Assembly (NCBI GenBank): GCA_036336885.1
Contig: JAYZFG010000015.1
Span: 142,126 to 206,125 of the forward strand
Length of the DNA: 64,000 nt
DNA from: Pseudomonadota bacterium
GTDB taxonomy: Bacteria; Pseudomonadota; Alphaproteobacteria; MPNO01; UBA2964
Reading direction: 5' to 3'
Within the stretch, counting starts at the first letter, position 1; each line of letters opens with the position of its first letter. A program made the translations under genes and the position numbers. Shown one piece after another: positions 27,336 to 36,778 of the stretch. Below the pieces are notes generated by a model. The model ran no database searches and had not been told where the DNA came from. It saw only the letters and a program-made list of their open reading frames with translations.

Positions 27336-28222
27336 TACTCAATAACACTTTTTACAAATCCGTCGAGTACGGTATTAAAATGATCAGCCTGTTCACGCAT
27401 GGAGAAGTGACCCGCACGATTAAGAATGTGCATGTAAGCCCGTCGTTCGGTTGACGCAATCAGGTCGTATAGTCTTTGCCCTTGCTCCAACAGAGCCGTT
27501 GGATCGTTATATCCCCACATGACCATGGTCGGACGCCTCATGCCGGTATCGCGAATACGAGCAAAAGTATCTGCACGATCTGCAGAAAGGCCAGGTAAAA
27601 ATTGTCGTGTTTTAAGTTTCTGCTTCTCCATTTTCGAAACAGCTTTTTTATGTTTGGCCTGCTTACCAACATCGACCAAGACATCTAGCCAGTCATCATC
27701 GATGTGTTCGTGAGCATAAGAATATCGTTCTAATACCCATCTTTGGCATTCACGACTTAGTGGCGGGTGCGGGGGATTAGCAAGAACCACCTCATTCATT
27801 CCAACACCCGGTGCTAATGTATTACTGTCTACACAGATGCAGGAAGCCACGAGTTCGGGCTGTTCGAGCGTTAACCGGGCGGTCACATAACCTCCACGTG
27901 AGTGACCAACGAGATGGCAGTCCTTAAGCCCCTTTTTATTGAGAAATCCTCCAAGGTGCTGGACCACAGCATGCATTGTATAATCGGCATCGCATTTTGG
28001 GTTACCGGTATAACCCTGACCAAGTTTATCTACCGCTACGACGTGATAATTCCTGGCCAAATAATCAAAGTTACGGCTCCACGTCCAGCTATTACCTGAT
28101 GCCTCCTTTGAGCCAAAATTACCGCCATGAACCAGAACGATCGTCGGTCCTCGGCCCTTTTCATAGAAGTGGGTTTTTACACCGTCGACGGTGATAAATT
28201 TTCCCTTTTTTGTCATTGGCAT
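27335..28222 (-). CDS. Alpha/beta hydrolase (C-C hydrolase/BphD-like), copy 1 of a tandem pair
   Basis: 295 aa with the same motifs (VHGG, GHSRGG, AGHF). Its stop overlaps the start of the paralog (TAATG). Confidence 0.75.
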   Translation of the reverse strand: MPMTKKGKFITVDGVKTHFYEKGRGPTIVLVHGGNFGSKEASGNSWTWSRNFDYLARNYHVVAVDKLGQGYTGNPKCDADYTMHAVVQHLGGFLNKKGLKDCHLVGHSRGGYVTARLTLEQPELVASCICVDSNTLAPGVGMNEVVLANPPHPPLSRECQRWVLERYSYAHEHIDDDWLDVLVDVGKQAKHKKAVSKMEKQKLKTRQFLPGLSADRADTFARIRDTGMRRPTMVMWGYNDPTALLEQGQRLYDLIASTERRAYMHILNRAGHFSMREQADHFNTVLDGFVKSVIE

Positions 28223-28250
28223 CGGAAAACCTCAAATAGGCCAGATATGA

Positions 28251-28275
28251 GGGCCCGCCCTAATCGGGCGGGCCC
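28251..28275 (-). terminator. GC-rich hairpin between the substrate-binding-protein gene and the downstream hydrolase genes (attenuator or mRNA-stabilising element)
   Basis: GGGCCCGCCC-TAATC-GGGCGGGCCC: a perfect 10-bp all-G:C stem, 27 nt after the SBP stop codon. There is no clear U-tract on the minus strand, so it is probably not a full terminator. Confidence 0.5.
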
Positions 28276-28301
28276 CTTATCCAACAACTCTTCTTACAAC
28301 A

Positions 28302-29834
28302 CTATTTTATACGGATATTCTCACCATAAATTCGGCCGTTAGCAGGCGGCGAGATACTCACATTGTTCGCGACACCATATGCTAACTTGTGACGCCACAT
28401 GAACACGGCAGGCACATCCTCAACAAGTATTGCAATTGCATCATTGATTAATTTTTGTCGTTTCTTAGGATTGAATTCCCTAGCAACTTCATCAAATAAT
28501 GCGTCATATTTTGGATTCGAGTACTTAATCCGTGGTGATACACCAGTCTTGAAATATTGTGCCAGTGCTGGCCCGGGATCGATGACTGAACCACGTCCTT
28601 GATAGAAGAAGGAGCGCTTACCCTTTCGAACGTTAGCCCACTGAGTGGACCATTCTGGAGTTAATAATTTTGCCCGGATACCCACTTTTGCAAGCATAGG
28701 AACAATAGCCTGCGAAATGATTTTATCATTCACATAACGCCCGACCGGTGTCGACATTTCTACATCGACACCATTTGGATACCCCGCTTCCTTTACAAGT
28801 TTTTTGGCCAAAGCCGGATCATATTTAAGATCAAATTTTTCTGAACGCGCGGCATCGTATCCGATCTGACCGGGGCCAATGGCACCCTTTAGTTTTCTCG
28901 CCATCCCCTGCAAAATAGTCTTAATTATCTGATCGCGGTTAATGGCATGAGCAACGGCCTTACGCAGCTTTTTATTAGCCCAAGGTTTAAATGATGGGTT
29001 CATCAACAGCATCATAATTTCAACTGAATCCGTGTAGGACAGTTTGGTATTTTTACCAGATTCAACTCTTTTCATGAGATGTGGCGGGATAAACTGTGCA
29101 ATTTGTATCTCACCATTCAACAACGCTGTAACCCGCTGCTCAACCTCGGTCATTTTCTTCCAGATCAAGATATCGGGATTATCTTTATTGCCAAACACGC
29201 TATTCTTGGCGCGACGGGTAATAACCTGCTCACCGATAACAACGCGATCTAGTTTATAAGGACCAAATCCATCTGGATATTTTCTGTCAGCTTTTCTTGG
29301 GCCATGTTTATCAAAAACTGCCTTACGAGTAATCGCATAGATATCACAAACATGCTGAAGTAGATGGGCAGTCGGGATTTTAGTGATTAATTTGACTGTA
29401 TGTTTGTCAACTGCGATCGCTTTTTTTAATGGTCGTACATTTTGTTTCTGCGAACTTTGTTTATCCGTTTTAATACGATTAATCGTATGCACAACATCAG
29501 CCGCTGTCAGGTTGGCACCAGAATGGCTTTTTACATCCTTGCGAAGTTTAAAAGTCCACTCATTCCGATCTTTCGGGTTAATACTCCAGCTTTTTGCCAA
29601 CATGGGTGAATAGCCCGCCTTCTTAAAATCGTAGCGGCATAAACAGCCGTAAACGTTACACCAGATCCCGTACATCTGAGCGGCGGAATCCTGATAAGGG
29701 TTCCAACCATAAATATTACCGGTGGCCCCTATAACCACTTTCTTTTGGGCCATCGCAGTCGTCGCCACCATAGACATCACTGCGGTGACCATCGCAGCCG
29801 TAATTGCAAATTTCAACTTTGATAACAAATTCAT
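28302..29834 (-). CDS. ABC transporter substrate-binding protein, family 5 (DppA/OppA-like)
   Basis: 510 aa with a signal peptide (…MVATTAMAQKK). Length and composition are typical of cluster-C peptide/opine binding proteins. Confidence 0.85.
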   Translation of the reverse strand: MNLLSKLKFAITAAMVTAVMSMVATTAMAQKKVVIGATGNIYGWNPYQDSAAQMYGIWCNVYGCLCRYDFKKAGYSPMLAKSWSINPKDRNEWTFKLRKDVKSHSGANLTAADVVHTINRIKTDKQSSQKQNVRPLKKAIAVDKHTVKLITKIPTAHLLQHVCDIYAITRKAVFDKHGPRKADRKYPDGFGPYKLDRVVIGEQVITRRAKNSVFGNKDNPDILIWKKMTEVEQRVTALLNGEIQIAQFIPPHLMKRVESGKNTKLSYTDSVEIMMLLMNPSFKPWANKKLRKAVAHAINRDQIIKTILQGMARKLKGAIGPGQIGYDAARSEKFDLKYDPALAKKLVKEAGYPNGVDVEMSTPVGRYVNDKIISQAIVPMLAKVGIRAKLLTPEWSTQWANVRKGKRSFFYQGRGSVIDPGPALAQYFKTGVSPRIKYSNPKYDALFDEVAREFNPKKRQKLINDAIAILVEDVPAVFMWRHKLAYGVANNVSISPPANGRIYGENIRIK

Positions 29835-29865
29835 CTCGTTTTCTTCCCCTCCCTTTGTAGTTTAG

Positions 29866-31212
29866 TTAGTCTTTCTCTTCTTGATCAAAATAACCATTCA
29901 TAATGGCCTCATGCCAAACCTTGGCAACCACCGGGCAGACACCCATTGGAAGGCCATCCTCTGTCCGCCAGTAGGAATGTACACCTGTGCCGAGCTGTAT
30001 GTAACGAAACCTAGGGGCCGGGTTAACCTTCGCATATCGTTCAGTTAAAAATTCATACGTCGGTACCGTATGGTCCCGACTAAAATCGCATATACCATGC
30101 AGCAAGTTAGGCACACGCTTCACACCCTCGCCTTCCAGCGGCACGCCATAGTCAAGATATTCTTTCACCAGGGCGTCGGTCTCCTCCTTATCAAAGCTTT
30201 GGTATTCTGCTGCTACTTCTGCCGCCTCGGTAAGACATGAGGGTGTGCGGTTATGATACCAGTTTTCGGCCTTGAACTGGGGAAAACGCTTGGAAGCGTC
30301 CCACTGCTCATAAAGTTCTTCCATAACCTGTGCCAATCGAAAAAGCGGCTTTTCCCCCTCTGCCAGGGCCAGCTCCGCACCCTTATATCGTGCTAATTCC
30401 CGCCAATCCCTTATTAATACATAGTTGAATGGAGTGGGCCAGTCATGCTTGGTCATCTCATTAAAAAATTGCCCGAAGGGTGAGTTTTCAATTCCAATCA
30501 AACCCCGGACATTCTCGACCCTCTGCATCGTAGTATGGACGAATGGCCCACCCGTTGAATGACCATGAACATAAATTGACCATTCATCTGGCGGAAAATG
30601 TCGAGCACAAATATTCAACATCGCATCAACAATAGCCTTTGGCCAGGCGCCCATACGAACATGAAAAAGTGTGCCCGGTTTGGAGACGGCATAACGACGC
30701 GATCCATAAATCTCTCTATGGCTGGCATCAACCTTTACATCATACTGATCTGACGTGATTGTCTCGCCCTTCAACCAAACAGGCGTACGAACAGTGCCAT
30801 CTTCATGAAATGTATCACCTGGCCAATTATGTTCTGGATCGTCAAAATAAAACCGACCGGGATATGTCATGTTGCAAACTTTGTAACCTCTTTTCCCACA
30901 AAAGGTTCTAGCCAAGCGCTCTATTGAACGCCAATCTGATGCGCCACCATGAAGCATTAAAATTCCCAGCTTTTTACCGTCAGGCCCAATCGCAATTTTT
31001 GAATCATCGATGGGTTCGTAGACAATGTTGCCAATGTCCCAATCCAATCCGTTTGAATGAATGCGGAAGACATCTTCAGTTTCCACATAGGGGATGTCTG
31101 GTTCGGATAGTAGACCATCCGAAATTTGGATTAGTTCATCCTTTTCGATCCGAACAGGGGGTTCCCATCCTCCAGAGGTACTACCCCCCGTTTTCACATC
31201 AGTGGCAGCCAA
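29866..31212 (-). CDS. Uncharacterised alpha/beta-hydrolase-like protein (GHSTGG nucleophile elbow)
   Basis: 448 aa. …LGILMLHGGASDW… and …YVHGHSTGGPFVHTT… are present. It is a distant paralog of the next gene. I recognise no characterised family. Confidence 0.5.
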   Translation of the reverse strand: MAATDVKTGGSTSGGWEPPVRIEKDELIQISDGLLSEPDIPYVETEDVFRIHSNGLDWDIGNIVYEPIDDSKIAIGPDGKKLGILMLHGGASDWRSIERLARTFCGKRGYKVCNMTYPGRFYFDDPEHNWPGDTFHEDGTVRTPVWLKGETITSDQYDVKVDASHREIYGSRRYAVSKPGTLFHVRMGAWPKAIVDAMLNICARHFPPDEWSIYVHGHSTGGPFVHTTMQRVENVRGLIGIENSPFGQFFNEMTKHDWPTPFNYVLIRDWRELARYKGAELALAEGEKPLFRLAQVMEELYEQWDASKRFPQFKAENWYHNRTPSCLTEAAEVAAEYQSFDKEETDALVKEYLDYGVPLEGEGVKRVPNLLHGICDFSRDHTVPTYEFLTERYAKVNPAPRFRYIQLGTGVHSYWRTEDGLPMGVCPVVAKVWHEAIMNGYFDQEEKD

Positions 31213-31328
31213 CTGCGCCTCCCTTTGACGCCTATATTGCCCCGTTATTGGAGCTTTTCTAACTTATTTGCCATAATGCTAGCATGGTAATTTAAGGGTG
31301 GCGAGTCTTGTGTAGAAAATTGTTAAAA

Positions 31329-32609
31329 CTAATTGTAGTAATTACTTTCGATCAATTTAAGCCAAATTCGGCCAACGGTTTTGCAGGTGTCGTGCAGAAT
31401 GTCATGGCGAAAATTCTCTAATCGGGCAACCCTGTACCTCTTACAATACCGCTCTGAAACTCGTCGAGCGGCATCAACCTTCCAAGGCTGTATCACCTGA
31501 TCAAGCGTTCCGTTCATTTCAAACACTGAGACATCACGCAATTGCGCGGCAGGATAAAGAGGCTCTAATGTCTTTTGCAAAAATTCGGCAAATCCTCCTT
31601 GGCGGTCTTTATCGGGTAAAAACTCCGATTGCCAGAGACGGGTGGTGTGCTCCGTTAAAGCGGCAATGTTGTAATGCATGAAAACATCTTCAATCGATTT
31701 AAAATTCGGAGCATGCATTGATTCCTGGAACCATTTTTCCCGTAAGTCATCACTGATATGCGCCGTGTAGAATAAAAAATCTGGGCGCCCCCGTTCTCTA
31801 ACCCGCAAACAAGAATCTTCATAAGGCCAGTCATGATTGTCGGTGCTCGCCCGACTATACAAATAAGCAGCAGGATTATTGGACATACCCCAACCGAGCG
31901 TCCCATCAGGGATAAGGTATCGACACAGCGCCCACAAAAATGGTCCGCCCGTGGAAAATCCCCAAAAAAGTAATAAAATATTTTCGCGTGGCTCCTTGTG
32001 ATTGTCGAGTGCGCGTTCCGCTCCTCGCCGATATCCTTCAACGATGGCATCCGGCGTTGCCGCAAGCATATGTTCGTAAAGCTCTGTTCCCTCAACCGGC
32101 AACCGGTAGGTATCACTCCCGGTTGGGCTTGCCTGGCCTTTAGAGGCATGAGTTGTGTAGCTGTCTTTTGACCAATATTCTGCCTGCTTGCGATCATATA
32201 CCGGCATGCGCTGTCCAAGCGGAATATTTATCCAGCTACCCCCTTCATCAAAGAAATTCCAGCGGCCAAGTCTCGGCACAATTGCTACGGTGACACCCCG
32301 GCTTGCAAGCCACGGAGCCATACCGGGCTTTTTTTCATATGTCTCAATGAAACCATTGCCGTTGTCTTTACCCCCTTCACCGCAAACCAGTATTATCTCT
32401 CGGCCGTTATGAAGTCTTGGAATATCAGGTTTGAAAGTAGTCAAGACCTGGGTGAATGATTTTCCGTAATGCTCAAAATCAATAAATTCAATAGATTTGG
32501 AATAGCCGGTTGTTTCAGGAAACGCATCACAATTTGTTATCGCGGTAACAGCCTCGGTTGGCAAAATACAGTTATCATCCGGTAATATAACTACATCCTT
32601 TTCACTCAT
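31329..32609 (-). CDS. Uncharacterised alpha/beta-hydrolase-like protein (GFSTGG nucleophile elbow)
   Basis: About 426 aa. …LLLFWGFSTGGPFLWAL… is present. Start moved to ATG 32609, which has GGAG 6 nt upstream; the track start is a GTG inside that SD. Confidence 0.5.
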   Translation of the reverse strand: MSEKDVVILPDDNCILPTEAVTAITNCDAFPETTGYSKSIEFIDFEHYGKSFTQVLTTFKPDIPRLHNGREIILVCGEGGKDNGNGFIETYEKKPGMAPWLASRGVTVAIVPRLGRWNFFDEGGSWINIPLGQRMPVYDRKQAEYWSKDSYTTHASKGQASPTGSDTYRLPVEGTELYEHMLAATPDAIVEGYRRGAERALDNHKEPRENILLLFWGFSTGGPFLWALCRYLIPDGTLGWGMSNNPAAYLYSRASTDNHDWPYEDSCLRVRERGRPDFLFYTAHISDDLREKWFQESMHAPNFKSIEDVFMHYNIAALTEHTTRLWQSEFLPDKDRQGGFAEFLQKTLEPLYPAAQLRDVSVFEMNGTLDQVIQPWKVDAARRVSERYCKRYRVARLENFRHDILHDTCKTVGRIWLKLIESNYYN

Positions 32610-32709
32610 TATTAACTCCACGGTTTGATATGAATGTCCAACAGGCCATTTTGTTTTTTCCCTAAAAGCATTAGGCTTCCTGCATTAAGTATAATATGGA
32701 GAAAGCGTC

Positions 32710-34098
32710 ATGGCACCAGACACAACCCAACCTTTTTCAAAGGACAGGTATGACCCAACATCTTCAGGATTAATCACGTGGCATGATGCCATACCGAGTT
32801 TTCTGGACGGCCGTGATACCCCACGCGCTTACCTGGAACGCTGCCTGGAGACTATTTCTTCACGTGAACCAAATGTAATGGCTTTTGTGGCAATGGACAG
32901 GGAAGTCGCACGCAAAGCTGCAGATAAAGCTACGATACGTTACCAAAACAACAACCCCCTTTCCATAGTTGATGGGATGCCATTCGTCGTTAAAGACCTA
33001 TACGAGGTAAAAGGTATGACCACGGAGCTCGGTAGCCCAGCGATGCGAGGCTATGGTGGTGACAAGGATTGTGCACATGCAAGAGCCTTACGGGAGGGTG
33101 GTGCAGTTATACTAGCAAAAACAGTAACGACCGAGTTTGGATCAAGAGATGCCGGACCGACGAGAAATCCTTTCGATATTACGCGCACACCGGGTGGGTC
33201 TTCCAGCGGCACTTCCGCTGCTGTTGGCGCTGGGATGGTTCCCGCTGGCAGCGGAAGTCAGGTGAGAGGGTCAATCTTGCGACCAGCAGGATATTGTGGC
33301 AATTTTGCACTTAAACCAACCTTTGGTGCATTGAACAGGTTGGGCGGCCATTCGATGGCACCATCACAATCAGTACTTGGTGTCCACGCCGGTTCATTGG
33401 ACGATGTTTGGAATACAGCATTTTTTATTTCATCCACAGCTGGCGGCGACCCCGGTCATCCGGGGCTTTATGGAAAGACCTCGTTAAGTTCCGCAAAGAA
33501 GCCCCACCGCCTTGTCCGCCTAGACACCCTGGGCTGGGAAGACACGGAGGATGAAACCAAAGAAAAATTTGAAGATTTCATTGGGTTGTTATCGGATAAA
33601 GGTACCGAAATTATAACACGCAAAGATGATTCCTCCGTTGAAGCACTCGAAAAGACCCTCCATACCATCCCGAATTTTTTACGTGATTTATTTTGTTGGG
33701 AGATGCAGTGGCCTGGCAAAACGCAACGCGACAAGGGTGAACATTTAATCTCATCCGGTATTTTAGACCGGATAGCGCACGGCGAAACAATGAAGATTGA
33801 AGACTACAGACATTGTTTGGAATTACGGCAAATATTGCGCGACCAATTTGAAACCTTACGGGGATTGGGCGACGCTTTCATCCTGCTATCCGCGCAGGGG
33901 CCGGCACCCAAGGCAGCCACGGGTACTGGCAATCCTATCTATGGCGATGTTACATCATGTCTGGGGGCGCCAGGCTACAATTTACCCTTGCTCGAAGACC
34001 GGGGAATGCCCATGGGCATACAACTAATGGGATTTCCTCACGATGATTTTGAAATAGGTCTTATTGGCAAATGGCTAAGTAATGAGTTTTTAGAATAA
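32710..34098 (+). CDS. Amidase-signature (AS) family amidase
   Basis: 462 aa. GGSSSGTSAAVGAGM signature plus an upstream catalytic Lys region (PFVVKDLYEVKGM). Confidence 0.85.
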   Translation: MAPDTTQPFSKDRYDPTSSGLITWHDAIPSFLDGRDTPRAYLERCLETISSREPNVMAFVAMDREVARKAADKATIRYQNNNPLSIVDGMPFVVKDLYEVKGMTTELGSPAMRGYGGDKDCAHARALREGGAVILAKTVTTEFGSRDAGPTRNPFDITRTPGGSSSGTSAAVGAGMVPAGSGSQVRGSILRPAGYCGNFALKPTFGALNRLGGHSMAPSQSVLGVHAGSLDDVWNTAFFISSTAGGDPGHPGLYGKTSLSSAKKPHRLVRLDTLGWEDTEDETKEKFEDFIGLLSDKGTEIITRKDDSSVEALEKTLHTIPNFLRDLFCWEMQWPGKTQRDKGEHLISSGILDRIAHGETMKIEDYRHCLELRQILRDQFETLRGLGDAFILLSAQGPAPKAATGTGNPIYGDVTSCLGAPGYNLPLLEDRGMPMGIQLMGFPHDDFEIGLIGKWLSNEFLE

Positions 34099-34148
34099 AT
34101 TGACCTTTGATTAATCTATGAAAGTATTTGGAGGAAGTGTTTATACCC

Positions 34149-34553
34149 TCATTCTACCGGGACCCTCCAAGAGGAAGTGGCGTGCTCCTTACTTGTGACA
34201 TCCAAAACAACACCATTGGGATCACGGTATTTTCTTTCGAATTCCGGGCCATCTCCAACGTTTTGAATTTGGCCATGATATTTTCCTCCCGCTTCTTCCA
34301 CAGCTTCACTTGCTATCGGCACGTCATCCACCAGAAAGCCCATGTGATGCAAACCAATATAATCGGGTCCACGTTCATCGGGTGCATTGTCATTTGACCG
34401 TAAATGCAAGATAGCGAGAGAAACCACCCCATCAGACAACATGATCGCAACTTTTGATTGTCTCACCCTCTCCATTTTAAATGCTCTTTCATAAAACTGG
34501 GCTGTGGTTTCCAAATCTTTAGCGCTGATGGCGATATGTCGCAACTTAGCCAT
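34149..34553 (-). CDS. VOC (glyoxalase/bleomycin-resistance/dioxygenase) family protein
   Basis: 134 aa from ATG 34553 (MAKLRHIAISAKDLETTAQFYERAF…), with AAAGGAGGAAG upstream. The longer track ORF overlaps the ABC ATPase gene. Confidence 0.75.
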   Translation of the reverse strand: MAKLRHIAISAKDLETTAQFYERAFKMERVRQSKVAIMLSDGVVSLAILHLRSNDNAPDERGPDYIGLHHMGFLVDDVPIASEAVEEAGGKYHGQIQNVGDGPEFERKYRDPNGVVLDVTSKEHATSSWRVPVE

Positions 34554-34588
34554 TAAACTTCCTCCTTTTAGATAAATTACTAATCTTC

Positions 34589-35572
34589 TTAATTTGGTTT
34601 TACTGTCGCACCTGGACCAAAAACGTGGCATGCCACTCCATGATCTCCGTCTTGGACGAGAGGCGGTTCTTCCTCGGAACAAATCTTCTGTGCAAATGGG
34701 CAGCGAGGATGAAAACTACATCCCGACGGCGGATTTATTGGGCTGGGGACGTCACCCTGTAATACGGTACGCTCTACCTTTCTCGTCGGATCTGGAACTG
34801 GCGCTGCGGAGAGCAATGCACGCGTATAGGGATGTTGGCCATCAGAATAAATCTTGTCAGCAGATGCTATTTCAACAATTTTACCCAGATACATCACAGC
34901 CACCCGATCGCTGACATGTTCTACAACACGTAAATCATGAGAGATAAAGAAATAGGTCAGCTCAAACTCGTCCTGAAGATCTTGCAGTAAATTCAGGATT
35001 TGTGCCTGAATGGAAACGTCCAACGCTGATACAGCTTCATCAGCCACGATGAATTTAGCATTAAGTGCGAGGGCTCGGGCGACCCCTATTCGCTGACGCT
35101 GGCCACCGGAAAATTCATGAGGATAACGATCATATTGTTCTTCCCGAAGGCCAACTTTTTCAAGCAAGCCCATCACATGGTCTTTTAGATCCGCACCAGT
35201 AGCAAGACCGTGTATCTGCAACCCTTCTCCGATTATTTCACCGACCCGCATACGAGGGTTTAAAGAAGCGTAAGGGTCTTGAAAAATTATTTGCATTTTG
35301 CGACGCATTTCTCTCATGCGCTCAAAGTTCATTGCCGTTATTTCCTCCCCCTCGAAAACAATTTCACCCGAGGTAGGCTCAATCAGCCGTAGGAGACATC
35401 GACCCAAGGTTGACTTTCCACAACCCGATTCACCGACCAATCCTAAGGTTTCTCCGTCCTCCACCGAAAGAGAAACACCATCCACCGCTTTTACATCCCC
35501 GGTTTTCCGTCCAAAAAAACCGGTGGAAATTGGGAAATGCTTTACAAGATTATTAATTTCAAGAAGTGCCAT
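34589..35572 (-). CDS. Peptide-type ABC transporter ATP-binding protein (DppF/OppF-like)
   Basis: 327 aa. Walker A GESGCGKST, signature FSGGQRQR, Walker B FIVADEAVSALD and the C-terminal oligopeptide-type extension. Confidence 0.88.
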   Translation of the reverse strand: MALLEINNLVKHFPISTGFFGRKTGDVKAVDGVSLSVEDGETLGLVGESGCGKSTLGRCLLRLIEPTSGEIVFEGEEITAMNFERMREMRRKMQIIFQDPYASLNPRMRVGEIIGEGLQIHGLATGADLKDHVMGLLEKVGLREEQYDRYPHEFSGGQRQRIGVARALALNAKFIVADEAVSALDVSIQAQILNLLQDLQDEFELTYFFISHDLRVVEHVSDRVAVMYLGKIVEIASADKIYSDGQHPYTRALLSAAPVPDPTRKVERTVLQGDVPSPINPPSGCSFHPRCPFAQKICSEEEPPLVQDGDHGVACHVFGPGATVKPN

Positions 35573-35583
35573 CTAAATTCTCC

Positions 35584-36570
35584 CTATGCCGCACTTGCTG
35601 TCAACGGCACCTTAAGGCAGGACACCCAGTGACCCACCTCAATCTCAACCAAGTCTGGCTGAGTTCTGCCACAACTGTCCTCTGCCAGCGAGCATCTATC
35701 GCGAAACCTGCAGCCAGAAGGCCAATGTAAGGGGCTTGGTACAATACCTGGTATTGCCTCTAAACGTTTTTTGCTTTTATCGGTCACTCCTGGAACAGAG
35801 TTCATCAAACCAACCGTATAAGGGTGTGCAGGATGTGCAAAAATAATTTCAGGTTTAGCACGTTCCACTATTTTACCGGCATACATGACAGCGACCTCAT
35901 CCGCCTGTTCTGCCACTACGCCAAGGTCATGGGTAATCAACAAAACAGACATGCCGAGTTGCTCCTGTAACTCTTTAATCAACTCAAGAATTTGGGCTTG
36001 AATGGTAACGTCAAGTGCTGTGGTTGGTTCATCCGCCATCAAAAGGCTAGGATTACAGCTCAAGGCCATAGCAATCATGACCCGTTGACGCATACCACCA
36101 CTTAGTTGATGCGGATACTCATCTATACGTTTGTCCGGCTCAGCTATTTTAACAAGTTGCAACATTTCTATTGCCCTGTCGCGAGCCTCTTTCTTGCTTA
36201 CCCCCTGATGCAACCTAACAGACTCAGCTATTTGGTCGCCGATACTGAATACCGGATTAAGAGAGGTCATGGGCTCCTGGAAGATCATCGAGATTTCATT
36301 GCCCCGAATATCGCGCATTTGCTGGTCCGAAAATTCGGCAAGATTCTGTCCACGATAAAGTATCTCACCACCAACTACCCTACCAACCCCCTTGGACAGA
36401 AGGTGCATAACTGAAAGTGCCGTCACGCTTTTACCGCAGCCAGACTCGCCAACAAGACCCATTGTTTTGCCTTCTTCGATGTCAAAGGTGACACCATCGA
36501 CTGCCCGCACTTCTCCGTCACTTGTAAAAAATGAAGTCTTTAAATCCCGAATTTGTAATAATGCCGCCAT
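35584..36570 (-). CDS. Peptide-type ABC transporter ATP-binding protein (DppD/OppD-like)
   Basis: 328 aa. Walker A GESGCGKSV, signature LSGGMRQR and Walker B LLMADEPTTALD. Confidence 0.88.
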   Translation of the reverse strand: MAALLQIRDLKTSFFTSDGEVRAVDGVTFDIEEGKTMGLVGESGCGKSVTALSVMHLLSKGVGRVVGGEILYRGQNLAEFSDQQMRDIRGNEISMIFQEPMTSLNPVFSIGDQIAESVRLHQGVSKKEARDRAIEMLQLVKIAEPDKRIDEYPHQLSGGMRQRVMIAMALSCNPSLLMADEPTTALDVTIQAQILELIKELQEQLGMSVLLITHDLGVVAEQADEVAVMYAGKIVERAKPEIIFAHPAHPYTVGLMNSVPGVTDKSKKRLEAIPGIVPSPLHWPSGCRFRDRCSLAEDSCGRTQPDLVEIEVGHWVSCLKVPLTASAA

Positions 36571-36778
36571 GTCGATCCCTGTTATTGAGCATAATCAACA
36601 TAATTTTTATTCTTAAATTTGATTATTCCATCAAATGTTACCGGTTGTCACACCCTAGGTTAAATTTCTCTGGAACTTTCTTCCAAAATTTCAATCAAAT
36701 GCCCCCACGACACCCAAAACAAATGATGCTAAAATATCACTTATTAGTATAAAACAATATTATTTATAGGGTTTTCTG

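Noticed and set aside
31655-32218. 187-aa minus-strand alternative-frame ORF, and similar embedded ORFs (for example 12643..13044 +, 13254..13625 -, 45408..45782 -)
   Set aside because: All lie inside longer ORFs that have clear family motifs or a better coding appearance. They are treated as frame shadows.
34554-34682. N-terminal extension of the VOC-family ORF (MFRGRTASRPRRRSWSG…)
   Set aside because: The extension overlaps the 3' end of the ABC ATPase gene and is Arg/Ser-rich. ATG 34553 has a strong AAAGGAGG SD and begins the conserved VOC beta-alpha-beta-beta-beta module.
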